A stretch of 64,000 nt of DNA, taken from assembly GCA_973895155.1 (NCBI GenBank), contig OZ316898.1:3596480-3660479 (forward strand), read 5' to 3'. Made by a program: the position numbers and the translations under genes. The notes beneath the pieces are model-generated. The model saw nothing but the letters and a program-made list of their open reading frames with translations, ran no database searches and was not told the origin of the DNA. Within the stretch, counting starts at the first letter, position 1. Every line of letters begins with the position of its first letter. Shown in pieces: positions 52,380-64,000 of this stretch. The DNA is from Marsupella aquatica. Its lineage: Eukaryota; Plantae; Marchantiophyta.

Positions 52380-52906
52380 AGCAGGGGTAGATGTGGAAGA
52401 GGATGACAATGGTCATCAAAGGGCTTGCTTGTTTTGTTCAACCTGAAAAACGTTTCTAGAGCAGGAAAAGAAAGTACCGGTGAAACAACTAGAGAAGCTG
52501 AGGAGAAAGATTGCGGAGAACCTGACGGGGAAAGTTTTGTAGGAAAGGATACTCATCCAGAAACTCAAGTTGTTCGAGAAACTATTAAAAGTACCTTGGA
52601 CAAGTTTGGGAAGATTATTATATGTAACTGCTTAGCGCCGTCACTCCTCGTTTACTCAATCCTGTATTCAAATATTTCTAGTCCAAACTCAAGTTGTTCG
52701 AGAAAGTCAATTTTCGTCGTGATTGTGCTGGGGTGGCGAAGGACAAGCACACATTGATATGGTAGGGAAAGCAGAAGTAGAGTAGTGGAAGGGGACGGTG
52801 GAATTAGTATGAAGAGAATGTCGAAAACGGTGTGCCAAAGAACAAGCATGAGTGCTTCAATAGCGATGAGGATTCACTTCAAATGAAAGCCGCACGAATA
52901 GACTGA
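52380..52906 (+). pseudogene. La pseudogene 3' exons, inverted
   Basis: Exon 52380-52623 (KGLLVLFNLK...acidic linker...VVRETIKSTLDKFGKI) matches the plant La KGLI.F.LK...V.REDLK..F.KFG region; G/R-rich remnant ending SDEDSLQMKAARID* at 52906. Confidence 0.65.
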
Positions 52907-53189
52907 TGAATGGTAAAGTTTTGGTAGTTTCATTAGGTACAGATTTTCATCTAGGAGGTATTGCCGTGGGTTCCATATGTAGAGCGTACAATGCAAGATC
53001 AAAGAATTTATGTGCAAGCCCCATTCCGACCTGATACAACAGTGGACTGCTTGAGGATGATTGGATGAGATGAGCTCCTTGCTCGCAGCAATTTGGGAGT
53101 CTGCACATCCGCTGTGAAATTGTATGTTCAGGACAGTTCAAATTACAATATAGAAAAGACAATCTCAGAACTATGTTTTGTGGTAATAC

Positions 53190-55257
53190 CTTCGTCTCGA
53201 CCCACTTTGCTTCACTTGCCCGTTTCTCTGGCCGTTACACTCAACGACGGCTTGCTGCTCAGATGATTTCCTGATCATTTTTCAAAGAGATACACCGGAA
53301 GGAAAGGTCTTATAATAATATATAAGAAAGACCAATCGATGGATAGTCAAATCCAAGCCAGTTCTTCGCAGACTGAATGTAATACTTTGGTTCCAATGTG
53401 CTCCCTTGAAAAATGACTCTCTGTGCATCTTCCTCGAACGATATCTCGATACAGCATAACAGGAAAAAACGCTTTCCTCCAACGAGCCGTGGCAGAATTA
53501 CACTATTGACCTAAATTCAAACCAGCACCAATTAGCACACGCATATTGCCTCAAAACCGCTCCGCAGAACTCAATGAAAACATTCGAGAGAAACAAGGAG
53601 GATCGATACATCCCAGTCCAAATTTCAGAGTGTAAATACATGGCGGTAAAATCAAAGACTAAGAATGTAAAGTAGCTGTGGTAGACTTGCATCAATGAGG
53701 GACAAAAGCAGTCAGTGAATGACAGAGACTGCAGTGGAATGTTTCTTCCTAAGATCTGGACATTGAATTCCTTGGTAACGCTATCATAATCTTCTCCCTG
53801 GAATAACAGGAATAGAATCAAACTATCAAAAACACCGGACAACTATGCCAACGAGCAGTGACCATTACCTCGGCATGCTCTTCGAAGAAAGTATACAGTT
53901 CGTCTAATGTGATGTTCCCAGGGGAGAGATTGGCAGCGACGCTGCGAGCGCTGATATCTGCTAGCACTTCTTCGATGCTTTTCAGCTTGGGTACTCGTCC
54001 AGCTTTGGTGCCTGCACAGATCCATCACCGGGACTTCAGTCTCCAAGCATGTATAACTCGCCAAACGTTCATTTCACCGATGAAGAAAGCTCCATCCCTT
54101 GCTACAACATGTTGCTACTGTAGATACACACAGAAACTGGCAAACTAATGGAGAGATTCATGCCACGCAGGAGGCAAGCGGGGAGCACAGAGGCTGGGCT
54201 CAGGAAGTCAACTCACCGTCCTCAGGAAGTCCAAGCATAGTACACTGACGGCAACTGCGGCTCGTAAGTTCGGAGGTCAAATTCTCCGGCCCATGTTATA
54301 TGAGGCCTAGATGACTTCTCATGCGCGAAAAAGAGCAGACGCGGGCAAACTGACCACTGTCTCAATTCGTCAAGTCAAACTCCAAATTCTAGGAATTCCA
54401 TGCCAGATGGCGAATCGGTTTTTGCCATGTCTACATAGATGTGCAAACCTCCACTAGAAACTTTCTGATAACCACGTCGGCCGTGAAACGGTGTGCTCAC
54501 TTGAACTTAATATTCATTACAAGTTACACACTCAGCGCTCGTTCATGCATTCATTCCTGCTTACGTTCTTTCTCCGTGGCCACATTGGTTTTGTATTAAT
54601 CATCGCTTTATAGGGGGATGAGCTGTGCGTCTTCTCATCATAATTGTTCACTCGTGGTGGATCTGGAGAGAATCCATCTCGCGCTCTTGTCCTTGACCTC
54701 TTATCTAATTTCACCCTACCCGCACAACCTCTTATCCAATTTCACGCTACCCGCACAATTGAGATGCTTCCACAAAACAATGAGAAAGGGTATCACGTAT
54801 CCCAAAGATGCTACCAGAAAGGGACACGACCTAAACGGAGTTGACTGATGCCTTCATTCATTCTGTCTTGCTTGCATTCTGTCGTTCTTTCTATCCTTCT
54901 TTCGTCCATTCATTCCGTCTTACAAAAATAATGCGATACGAGGGCCCACATGTGATCGCTTTCTGCTTGTAAACTAAAACAAGTACACAAAACCATGCTC
55001 TTGACAACTTGCCAGGAAAGGTAGATACAGCCATCATCGCTCTCCTCGACGCATTTCGGCTAGAACTTATCGCCTGAAAGACTGCTGTCGCTGAAGTAAA
55101 ACTCCGCCTGTGACACGACATAAACACTGTAAGTTCACATGACAAGACAGCCGAGACGCCGAAATGTGCAGCTGCAATCAATCCCTTCAATCTACCCAAT
55201 AAGTACCTGCCGCAAAACCTTTGCCTCAGTCTCCACGTCCAGGTCAGGAGCGACCAT
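53190..55257 (-). pseudogene. La protein (SSB/La1-like) pseudogene, 5' exons
   Basis: GT-AG exons 55257-55207 (MVAPDLDVETEAKVLRQ), 55107-55029 (AEFYFSDSSLSGDKF*...ESDDG), 54356-54217 (VSL..CSFSRMRSHLGL, frameshift and stop), 54011-53869 (ISARSVAANLSPGNITLDELYTFF), 53510-53386 (VNSVILPR...IEISFEEDA), ~53271-53190: La motif plus RRM1. Confidence 0.85.
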
Positions 55258-55644
55258 GATATATGAAAATGAACCTCGGGTCTTCCGTTCCTTCCATTCC
55301 TTCCTCGACGCCTCGCCTGTCTCTGTGCCCTCCCGCATCTCGTCCCATGCTTTCTCGATTAGTGTGAATGCCCGAGCTTTGCCCATCTTACTATGTACTC
55401 GCAGTCGAAAATGAATTCAGAAACTTTGCTCATCTAACTCTCTAATCGAGATCGAAAATATTCTTCGGGGCTACTTTCTCGACTACTCTATGGTCGTGTG
55501 ATTAGAGCATGTCAAACCTTCGAAATTATGGATTATGGCTTTCGGCCATAAAGGTATGTAAAGTTTTTCTTTTCTATTAGCATCGCCATTGACTAATGGT
55601 CATGGCATTTGAATAATCTTTATGGCAGAAAGTTATGGAATATG

Positions 55645-56600
55645 AATTTGATAAATGGGATAGTTTGTAATTTTCTTGGTCAATAACCCATAAGAGTTAA
55701 GGCCAAATTTGATAAATGGGATAGTTTGTAAAAAATTTGTCAGTAACCCATAAGAGTTAAGGCCCATTGAATGTTGAGCTTTGAGATGCCCTTATTAGAC
55801 AATCGAGATTGAAAGTTAGTCTTCAGGGCCTATTGTCTAAACTGAAATGTCTCGACATGTCCCATCTGAGTATGTAAGCACTATCTAAAGTGATTCTTTG
55901 AGGCCTATTGTCTAGAGAGAAGCCTCTAGACATGACCAGGGAGCTTAGATGAAATTGCTGGTGAATGGACAAGGGGAGTGGGGGCAGAGTGAGTCTCTGA
56001 AACTGGCCCAATAGCTTGAGTTCATAATGGGTGCTAATGGACAAGGGGACTTCGGGGAGAGGGGGTAGAGTAAGTCTCTGAAAATGGCACAACTAGTTTG
56101 ACCTCACTCTGAAAATCAATGGCACAACTAACCTGAATGTCATCCCCTCTATTTACTTTCAAAAAACATAGGGAGACTAGTATACCAATGGCTCTGTGAA
56201 CCTACTCTGCAGGGTCTATGTGTTTTCTTTTCCTATGGTCTAAAGTGAAGCCTCTAGACTGACTCTAGGCATAACTGAAGTTAAAGGTGTGGGTAAGAAA
56301 TGAGGATTCAGGGCAAGGTGAGTCTCTGACAATAGTGCAGAGTGTGGCAGAGTGTGAGGAGTCACTGGCAGCCAATGGAATTTGAATCAGTGAACAAGCA
56401 ATTGGCTTGAATGTCCTCAACACTATTTTCCTTCAAAGAACATGCAATCAGGCTATACCCTGAGTGCAAAAATTTGGTCATAAACACATGGTTAGTATCA
56501 TCTAACTATATAGTCGTGATGTGAACCTACTGAGTCTTCAGGGCCTATGGTCTAGAGTGACGCCTCGGGACTGTGACTCTGAGGAAGTAGCTGAAGTTGG
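55645..56600. repeat. Cluster of short tandem and dispersed duplications
   Basis: ~61-bp duplication at 55645-55765; repeated GGCCTAT.GTCTA.A...CTCTAGAC, GAGT.AGTCTCTGAAA and TGTGAACCTACT motifs. Confidence 0.55.
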
Positions 56601-58379
56601 GGGACAGGCGGATCTTTGCATGTAGCTTAATTGTATGGACCCAATAATTTTCAGGAGAGGATGGTTTTCCCCAGCCGGAGAAATTGTGCAGCACTGCATA
56701 ATTCTTTGGCAGAAATGATACAGTAGATTGTATGGACATTGAGTATCTGCATGTGGACTCCATGGATAAAAATATTAATTGTCTATGTTGTCTGCCAATG
56801 TTACATACCTAAAATGCAATAGAGGAGGCTGAGGTCCACAAACTCCACATTTTCTTAGGAATGGTTCCTAGAAGCACAAGGAAAAAATTTGCACAAGCAA
56901 GAAAAGTTGAAGATCAAACACAATTTAACTGAGGAAAAATATATGATACAATGACATTAGTTTGAGTCTAGGAGAAGTGATTTTTGACCACATGATGGTA
57001 GTGGTCAAAATGCTAGTCAAATTGTGGCTTAAATTTGGCCACAATTTGACCAGCACCCAATCAGAGAAAATACCGCTCACTCAGCAAAATATCAACAGAA
57101 ACACAAAGATTTTGCAATAATTACATGAATGGGATCTGAGATTAGCTAACTATTGCAGTATCAACTGTGGTATTCATAAGATCACAACATGATCTTGAGA
57201 ATCTTTTAGGGGCATCTTAAATCCACCCTGTAGTCACAGCCAAAATGAGTTTAGTTTCCCTAAACTAACCCTACTTTCTAAATTCCCCTCTAAGTGACAG
57301 TCAAAGTGAGTTCTCTATTTATATCAACCTCTAAGATAAATTTTCTCTATAAACCTTAAAAGTGTTAGTGACTGAGGTAGGTCAATTTGAGGTGGACTTA
57401 TAAATTGGGGTGAAATTAGGCAAACATGGACAAATTAAAACAGCCCCCGTCTTTTCCATTGTTTTAATTCTCGCTTTCTCATTGAGTGCCGTCGGAAGTG
57501 TGTCATACAAATGAAGACTTACCCATGGTTAACACTTGTCTGATTTATTGTGTCCATATAGTAAAACTGTTTTAATATTTATAATACAAAAAACAGTTGC
57601 AGTTTTCTAATTATGCAGATCTTTACTGTCAATCTAGTTCAAGATAAAAGACCGTTAGTTTGAAACAAAGGTAAGTAGGCTAGTGGTTTGTCACTTTTTA
57701 AGGGGCAGGTTAGTGAAAGCCTCTTTGCTCTGTTCTCTCGTTGTTGCTTCTGGCTGGCAGAAACCAAAAGCCCCTAGTCACCTTAGTTGACTGACTGAAG
57801 TGAAGTCAATAGTGGTGGGATCCCCAAACTTGGTCCAATATCCCAGGGTAAGGCTGTCAGGAATATACGACCACATGCTCGAATATACAAGGACAGCATG
57901 GGGCCAGGACGGTGCATGATAGAGCTGGGCAGGAGGGAGGGAGGGAAGAGGAGGGTAGTGGAGGCAAAGAGTTTGTTTAGTCTGACCAAAGAGCTCTTTG
58001 GTCATGGGCTTGGATACTAAGGTACCCTACCTGTCTGGTGCAGTAAGTTGGGAGATTTGAGCCATAGCAATTGACCCCTTTTTAGTAAAAAAAACCTGCT
58101 TCACAACATAACATAACTATACATTTATAAAGTGGTAGATACTACAACATATAAATACAGCTTGGACATAAAAGAAGGTCCAGATCACTGAATTTACAAA
58201 TGCTAACATTGTCAGAGTTATTGTTTTTTTCGTTTTTTGGGGTGGCTAGGTCCGACACGTAAGCCTTTTGGTGTGCCAATAAATAAAGTCAGACTATTGT
58301 TGCTCTGTCTCAAAAGCCAATGGTTTTCTGAAATTGGGAGTTTGGGAGATACAGCCAGTTACACCCTCGGCAGGGGCAT

Positions 58380-60640
58380 GGGTTATTCTACAATTGTCCT
58401 TTGTTATCAAATATATTCTCTCCCCTACTCTCCATCCGTCTTTTCACCTTAAACCCATAAAACTGCCCCTTACTCTCCTGTTATGCCCCACACATAATCT
58501 GAGAAATGGTTGTTCCCCTGTGGATGGCTAGGTGCAAAACCTAAGCAAGACTTGCGTGTTTTGAACCTTGATGATCAGTGGGGTCTCCCCTGCTACATGT
58601 AAGGCACCCACAGGGTAATAGCAAGAGTCCCTCCTCCTTGAATGTTGCTGTCATTCTATTCTCTCATAATTATAGGTCTCTATCACTACGCTCCATCCCA
58701 TCCATCCCCCTTCTTTTCACCTTCAATATATACAACTGCTTTCCAGTCTCCTTTATACCCTGAGCACCATCTCTCCTACACAGCACGGCATCTGATAACT
58801 AACTTCTCTTTCCCTATGGGCTCGGGGTCTTCACTTATTTACTTTCTACCTATCACTCGAAAGTAACTATAGGGCTTCTTTATTGGATTGAGAAAAATAC
58901 TTTTAAATTCTGTATTAGGATTTTTCAAAAATCCTATTTTGAGAATTATAAGGAAAGATAAGGTTTTAGAAAAAAATGGGAATCTTTTTAGAATATTCCA
59001 AATGGATGGGGATAAACAATAATTTCTACAAACTTATTTCTTTATTTTTTAGAGTGTAGAGCGTGTTATGACTCCCCCTTTAGAGTGAGGCCCCCGAGCC
59101 TATGGGTGTGGTTAGGTGCAGACCTTTGGTGACTTTGGTGAGCGTTAACCCTCACTAAGCCTCCCTGCAACATTTAGGGCTCCAGCCTCCTCGCCCATGC
59201 CCACATTTAGAAAAAGGAATAGGTCCCTCCTCCTTATAGATGCAATTTCCTTCTGTCTCTCTGTAGTCCCTACCCTCCATCCACCCCGCAGGCAAATTAA
59301 AATTTTAAAGAGCAAGAGTCCCTTCCCCTTTAGCTGCAATTTCTTTCTTCTCATTATTATATATTCTCTATCCCTACTGTCCATCCCATCCCTCCCCTTT
59401 ATTTTTACATACAATCTCTTGAACTGCTCCTCACTCTCTCCTCTTATACCCTACACACCATTTCCTCTACCCACGCACCAGAACAAATGAATGCTCCCGT
59501 CTTGAGTGTGCCTAGGTGCAAAACCTAGGCAACTTTTGTGTGCTTAGGACATACCTGGGGCCTCGTTGCAACGTCGAGAGCACCCACCTAGTGGCCCATG
59601 GTCACGTTGAAAAGGAGGAAAAGGTACCTTCCTTCTACCTGCAATTTCCTTCTATCTCATAATTATGTTGTCTCTGCCACTAGTGTAGTCCCTACCTTCC
59701 ATCTATTCTACAGGCACATTCAATTTAAACATACAAAAAGTCCATCCCCTTTCTAGCTTCCACTTCTTCCAATCTCATAATATGCCGTATTTAACCCTAT
59801 CCTCCATCCTATTTTTTTCACCTTAAATCCATAAAAGTGCTCCTCACTCACTTCCCTTATACCCCACACACCATGTCCTCTACCCCACACGCCAACTTAG
59901 AAATGAATGCTTTTTCCCCTGGTGCATGGCTAAGTGCCAAACTTAGGCAACTTTGGTGAAAGTCCCTTAGGCACATTAAAACTTAATACCCAAATCCGTC
60001 TCTTTAATCCATAAAACTGTCCTCACCCCCTTCCCTTATGCCCCACACACCATCTGAAAAATGAATGATTTTTTCCCTGAGTGCTGCTAGGTGTAATTTC
60101 TAGGCAACTTTGGTGTGCTTCAAACCTCGCTATGGCCTCCCTGGGACATCTAGGGCACCCAACCTCCTGGCTCATGATCACATTAAAAAAAAACGGTCCC
60201 TCCCCCTTTTATGTGCAATTTCCCTCTGACTCATAATTATACTGACTCTCTCCCTACTATAGTCCCTACGCTCCAACCATCCTACATGCACATCGAAAAC
60301 TATAAATAGCAAAAGTCCCTCGGTCCCCCTCCTTTTCGCCCTCAATCCATAAAGCTGCTCCTCACTCGCCTCCCTTACACCCACACACTACCTCTACCCC
60401 ACTCACCATCTAAAAATCTAACAAATGAATGCTTTTCCCTCTGGATGTCCTTTAGTGCAAAACCTAGGCTACTTTGGCATGCTTCAAACCTTGCTAAGGC
60501 CTCCCTGTGACATCTAGGGCACCCTCATCGGCACATTCCAAAAAAGTCCGTGCCCCCACTAGCTGCAACTTCCTTGTGTCTCATGATTATTATAGTCTCT
60601 CTCCCTAGTACAGTCCCAACCCTCATCCATCCAATTCATG
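58380..60640. repeat. Degenerate C/T-rich satellite array, ~6 units
   Basis: Anchor TAGGTGCAAAACCTAGGCAACTTTG near 58529, 59113, 59513, 59931, 60088 and 60452, with recurring TGCAATTTCCTTCT.TCTCATAATTAT, TCACCTTAAATCCATAAAACTG and AAATGAATGC modules. Confidence 0.75.
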
Positions 60641-60749
60641 CATCGAAACCTCCCCGCCCCCTCTTCTTCCTCCCTCCCAATTCCAGCCTTCCTTGCCGGA
60701 GGCTGGCGCCTTGTCTTTTCCGTTTTGGACGAGCAAGTTCTGGAATTAA

Positions 60750-61930
60750 AATCAGTAGTAGCAGTAGTAGTAGCAGCAGTGGTGGCCTCCTCTGCGCGCT
60801 AATGATAATAAGGGGGAGGTTGTCGTCTCCGGTGCCACGGTGGTGTGGCGCCGTTCTCCTTGCTGCCTGTAACCTGTTGTTGACGACGGAGGCGACGACT
60901 GTGCAAGCGGGGCAGCAGCAGCAGCAGCAGCAGCAGGAGCAGTAGGAGTAGTAGAATAGCAGGCCAGCAGTCGACGTAGGGATGAAATGATGAGAAGTTT
61001 TGGACGCACAACGAGGCGCAGGTAGTGGTGCTGCGTTCTATTCTTTGCGGCAAGCACGCAAGCGAGCGAGCGAGCGAGCAAGCAGGAGGGCTGGCAGCAG
61101 CAGCAGGAGTAGTAGTAGCAGAAGCAGTGTTAGTGCAGTCGTCGTCGGAAGAGGAAGAGGAGGAGCAGCAGGAGGAGGAGGAGCAGCTGTGGGAGAAGGA
61201 CGAGCAGCAGAGCAGCAGCGCAGCAGGTTGGGATAGGGTTACGGTAGAGATTTAACGCCACTCTGCTTGTGCTGTGTGCGTGGGTGGTGTGTTTTTGTTG
61301 GCCTTGTGCATCGCTCGGCGGTGGAGCAGCGTGGAAACGTGGAAAAGCGAGAGAGCGAGGAAGGAGGCCAAGCGGACGCTAGAAGGGGAGGAAGGGAAGG
61401 AAGGGGTTGGAGGAGAGGTGAAGTGCGGCGAGGCTCGTTTACGGACAATACTCTTGGGGTGGTGGATGGAGGGAGCAAGCGAGTGAGAGAAGTGGAGGAG
61501 AGATAAGAAGCTGTGGAGGAGGAGGGCTGTTTTTGACCTGGAAAGTAAGGTAGACTGGAGACGACGAAGCGAGGTACCGTAGAGGATGCTGTAGTGAGCG
61601 AGCAGGCGGTCAGCGGCTCAGGGGACGGGGTAGCCAGGTAGGGTGGTGGCCCATCGCAAGCAAACGGGGAAGGGGGAAAACTGACGGAGAAGGCTGTAGG
61701 GCAGCCGAGAGACAGAGGGAGAGAGACAGAGAGGGGAACAGATGATGGTGCTTGTGTAGGAGCGAGGTTGTGGTACGAAGCGGAACGGCTGTCACGTAAT
61801 ATGCCATTCAGGATGCTTGGGAAGTGGCTCGAAAAGTGAGGAGAGAGAGCGAGAGAGAGCGCGGGAGACAGAGTTATAGAGAGAGAAGAGAGGAGGCGGG
61901 GGAAGAGGAGGCGGGGGAAGAGGAGCATTC
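60750..61930 (+). repeat. Microsatellite-rich (CAG/TAG/GAG/GA) probable 5' leader of the downstream gene
   Basis: Low-complexity purine-rich tracts upstream of the acceptor-like TCTGTGGCAG at ~62770-62779. Confidence 0.5.
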
Positions 61931-62781
61931 GGCGCTTGGCGTGGTGTTATAGTGAGGGTTGGTGTTGGGAGGGGGAGGTCGTGATGATATTGTGTTGTTG
62001 TCGCTGTGCGGCGCAGTCGTTGACTTAGTGGGGTTCCGGTTTGAGAACGGGGACGGATGGAGAGACGGTCCTGAAGCTGGAGCGGAGCATAGCGTCGGGC
62101 CCTGAAGGAAGAAGCGTATTGTCGACGGACCGTCTTCTTGGGATGAGAGGCGGTGGCTGATTTTCGAGCGAGCGTGGTGGCATCGAAGAAGTCGAATATG
62201 GACTGCTGTCTCTGTTCGATTGCTCTCTGTTCGCGTGACACTCTTCCAAGAAGCGAATTCTGAGTTGAGCTTGACCGACGCGGAGGGTTAGGACTGGCCT
62301 GCAATTCTGGCTAGTCGATATTGGGAGTCTGGGGGGCGGAGCGCCATGACGAGGGGGACCTGGGTATAGCAGAGGAGCTGACGGACAACGGGCATTGGTT
62401 CGCGGGTTTTAGCCGTTCGTTAACGCAGAACGATGATTATGATTGGAGAAATTAAGTCGGTTCGGGATTTGGACTGAGGAGCAGCTTTACATTACAGGAG
62501 TGCAATTTCGGAAATGAACCCTACATTCTGCGGCCGTGCGATGATTGCATGACGGCATGTGGTAAGCGAGTTTTGGAGTGTGAGGATTACCTTCGTAAGG
62601 GCAACAGCAAAGGTCACGGACAGGAGCGAGCTTTGCGGAACCCTAAATGGTGTAGTGGTGGCATTTTCGAATTGTTCGAGAGACTTGTAGCCTAGCGGAA
62701 GGACCGATAGGAGAGATTGGTTTCAAGGAGAAGGTTACGGTGGGTTTGCTGCCAACAGACCTATCATGGTCTGTGGCAGGG

Positions 62782-64000
62782 ATGGAGAGAAGTGAGCCAT
62801 CCTTGGTTCCGGAATGGCTTAAGGGAGCTGGTGGCGGTGGTGGGGCCGCCCACCACTCTCAACCTCCCATTCATCCAGGTTCGTATTTGTGGCTGCCTTT
62901 CTTCTCTCGCTTTGCCTTCGTCCCCTTGCAAGTCTTACCCTCATCTTTCATTGTGGTTTTTATTTCATGATTGTGCTTTTTGAATTTCATTGCAGTCCAA
63001 TTTCGTTTCGTCGTCAGTGTGTTATTTTTCCTGATTCGCCACGAGGGCATGACCTCCGCTTTCATTTCACGTTCATTCTTAGCGGTCTATTTTGCTCCTG
63101 GGCTTTGAGTCAATCACCTTTGATTTTGCACTCCTAAACTTTGTCTCACATCTGCTCCTCAATCGTTCGTTATATATTAAGCTTGTTACTTCGCGATGAG
63201 AGAGATGGTTGTTTCCATAATGTGTGACTTGAGAAGTTAACTTCCCTGGACTCCACTCACAATCATACATTCTTGCAACAGATGAGAGTGGAAACTCGTT
63301 CCTTTCAAGGCAGCGCTCTCAGCCCTCTGCTGCCGTAATTCATGGTGATTACGACTCACCTCGCTACAACTCAGCTGGCTCCGACCGGGCCTTCTACCCC
63401 ACTAGCCGAAGAGGAGCCAACAACAATAGCAACAACAATAGCACAGGTGCAAGCGAACGGTTGTTTGACCGGGGAGATTCATACCCGCGAGCGTACAACA
63501 GTTTTGGTCGGAGCTCCGGCTATCGTGGTGGCTATGAGGGCACTCTGGACCGGGAGAGGGAGGGCCCAAGGGATCGTGAGCGTGATTGGGATTGGGAACG
63601 GGACAGAGAAAGGGACTTCCGTGATAGGGAAAGGGATAGGACTTTGGGCTTTGGAGGTGGTGATGACCGGGACAGGGACCGGGATCGGTCGGATGCCACT
63701 GGCAATTTCCGAAGGTCTAGCTCAGGAGCAGGTCTGAGGTATGAGTCCGAAGTACCGTTGCGGAGATCACAGTCGATTGGGGGAACAGGCAGAGTGTTAG
63801 AAAACGGAGACAAGAAAGCGACAGCAGATGTCGGTTCCGCCCTTCCAACTGCTCCCCCAGCGAACATTGGAACGCTCACAAGCAGCATGCAGAAAGCTGC
63901 CTTTGAGAGGAATTTCCCATCGCTTGGGGCACAAGAAAAACAGACTGGTGTTGTTCAGTCCAGCCTTGGAAATGTGTCTGTGTTAAGTCCTCGCCCTTCA
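62782..64000 (+). CDS. Conserved plant protein of the At1g36990/At4g08510 family (partial, runs off window)
   Basis: Exon 1 62782-62878 MERSEPSLVPEWLKG...; GT-AG intron 62879-63281; exon 2 open from 63282 to the end with RAYNSFGRS, RD/RE repeats, LRRSQS and KAAFERNFPSLGAQEK. Confidence 0.85.

Noticed and set aside
61239-62304. Long Ser/Pro-rich minus-strand ORFs
   Set aside because: Antisense read of purine-rich microsatellite sequence; no domain.

Overview
Eukaryotic land-plant DNA with spliceosomal introns; the expanded TORNADO1-like family suggests a bryophyte, possibly a liverwort (inference). The core of the window is a tandem array of three apparently intronless TORNADO1-like LRR-Roc-COR (ROCO GTPase) paralogues on the + strand (4014-7379, 31402-35159, 38970-42838). 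Each carries a different nonsense, frameshift or deletion lesion, and they show patchwork sequence exchange. The paralogues sit in larger duplicated units. Comparing units reveals the empty sites of several insertions: a long-TIR Mutator-like element, MITEs, a tRNA-derived SINE family (one copy split by a Copia solo LTR) and a LINE-like 3' fragment. A truncated Copia/Gypsy chimera also lies between copies A and B. To the right are an intronless NAC gene with a decayed tail (- strand), a La (SSB) pseudogene whose 3' exons are inverted relative to its 5' exons, a degenerate ~2.2 kb satellite, and the 5' part of an apparently intact At1g36990/At4g08510-like gene that runs off the window.
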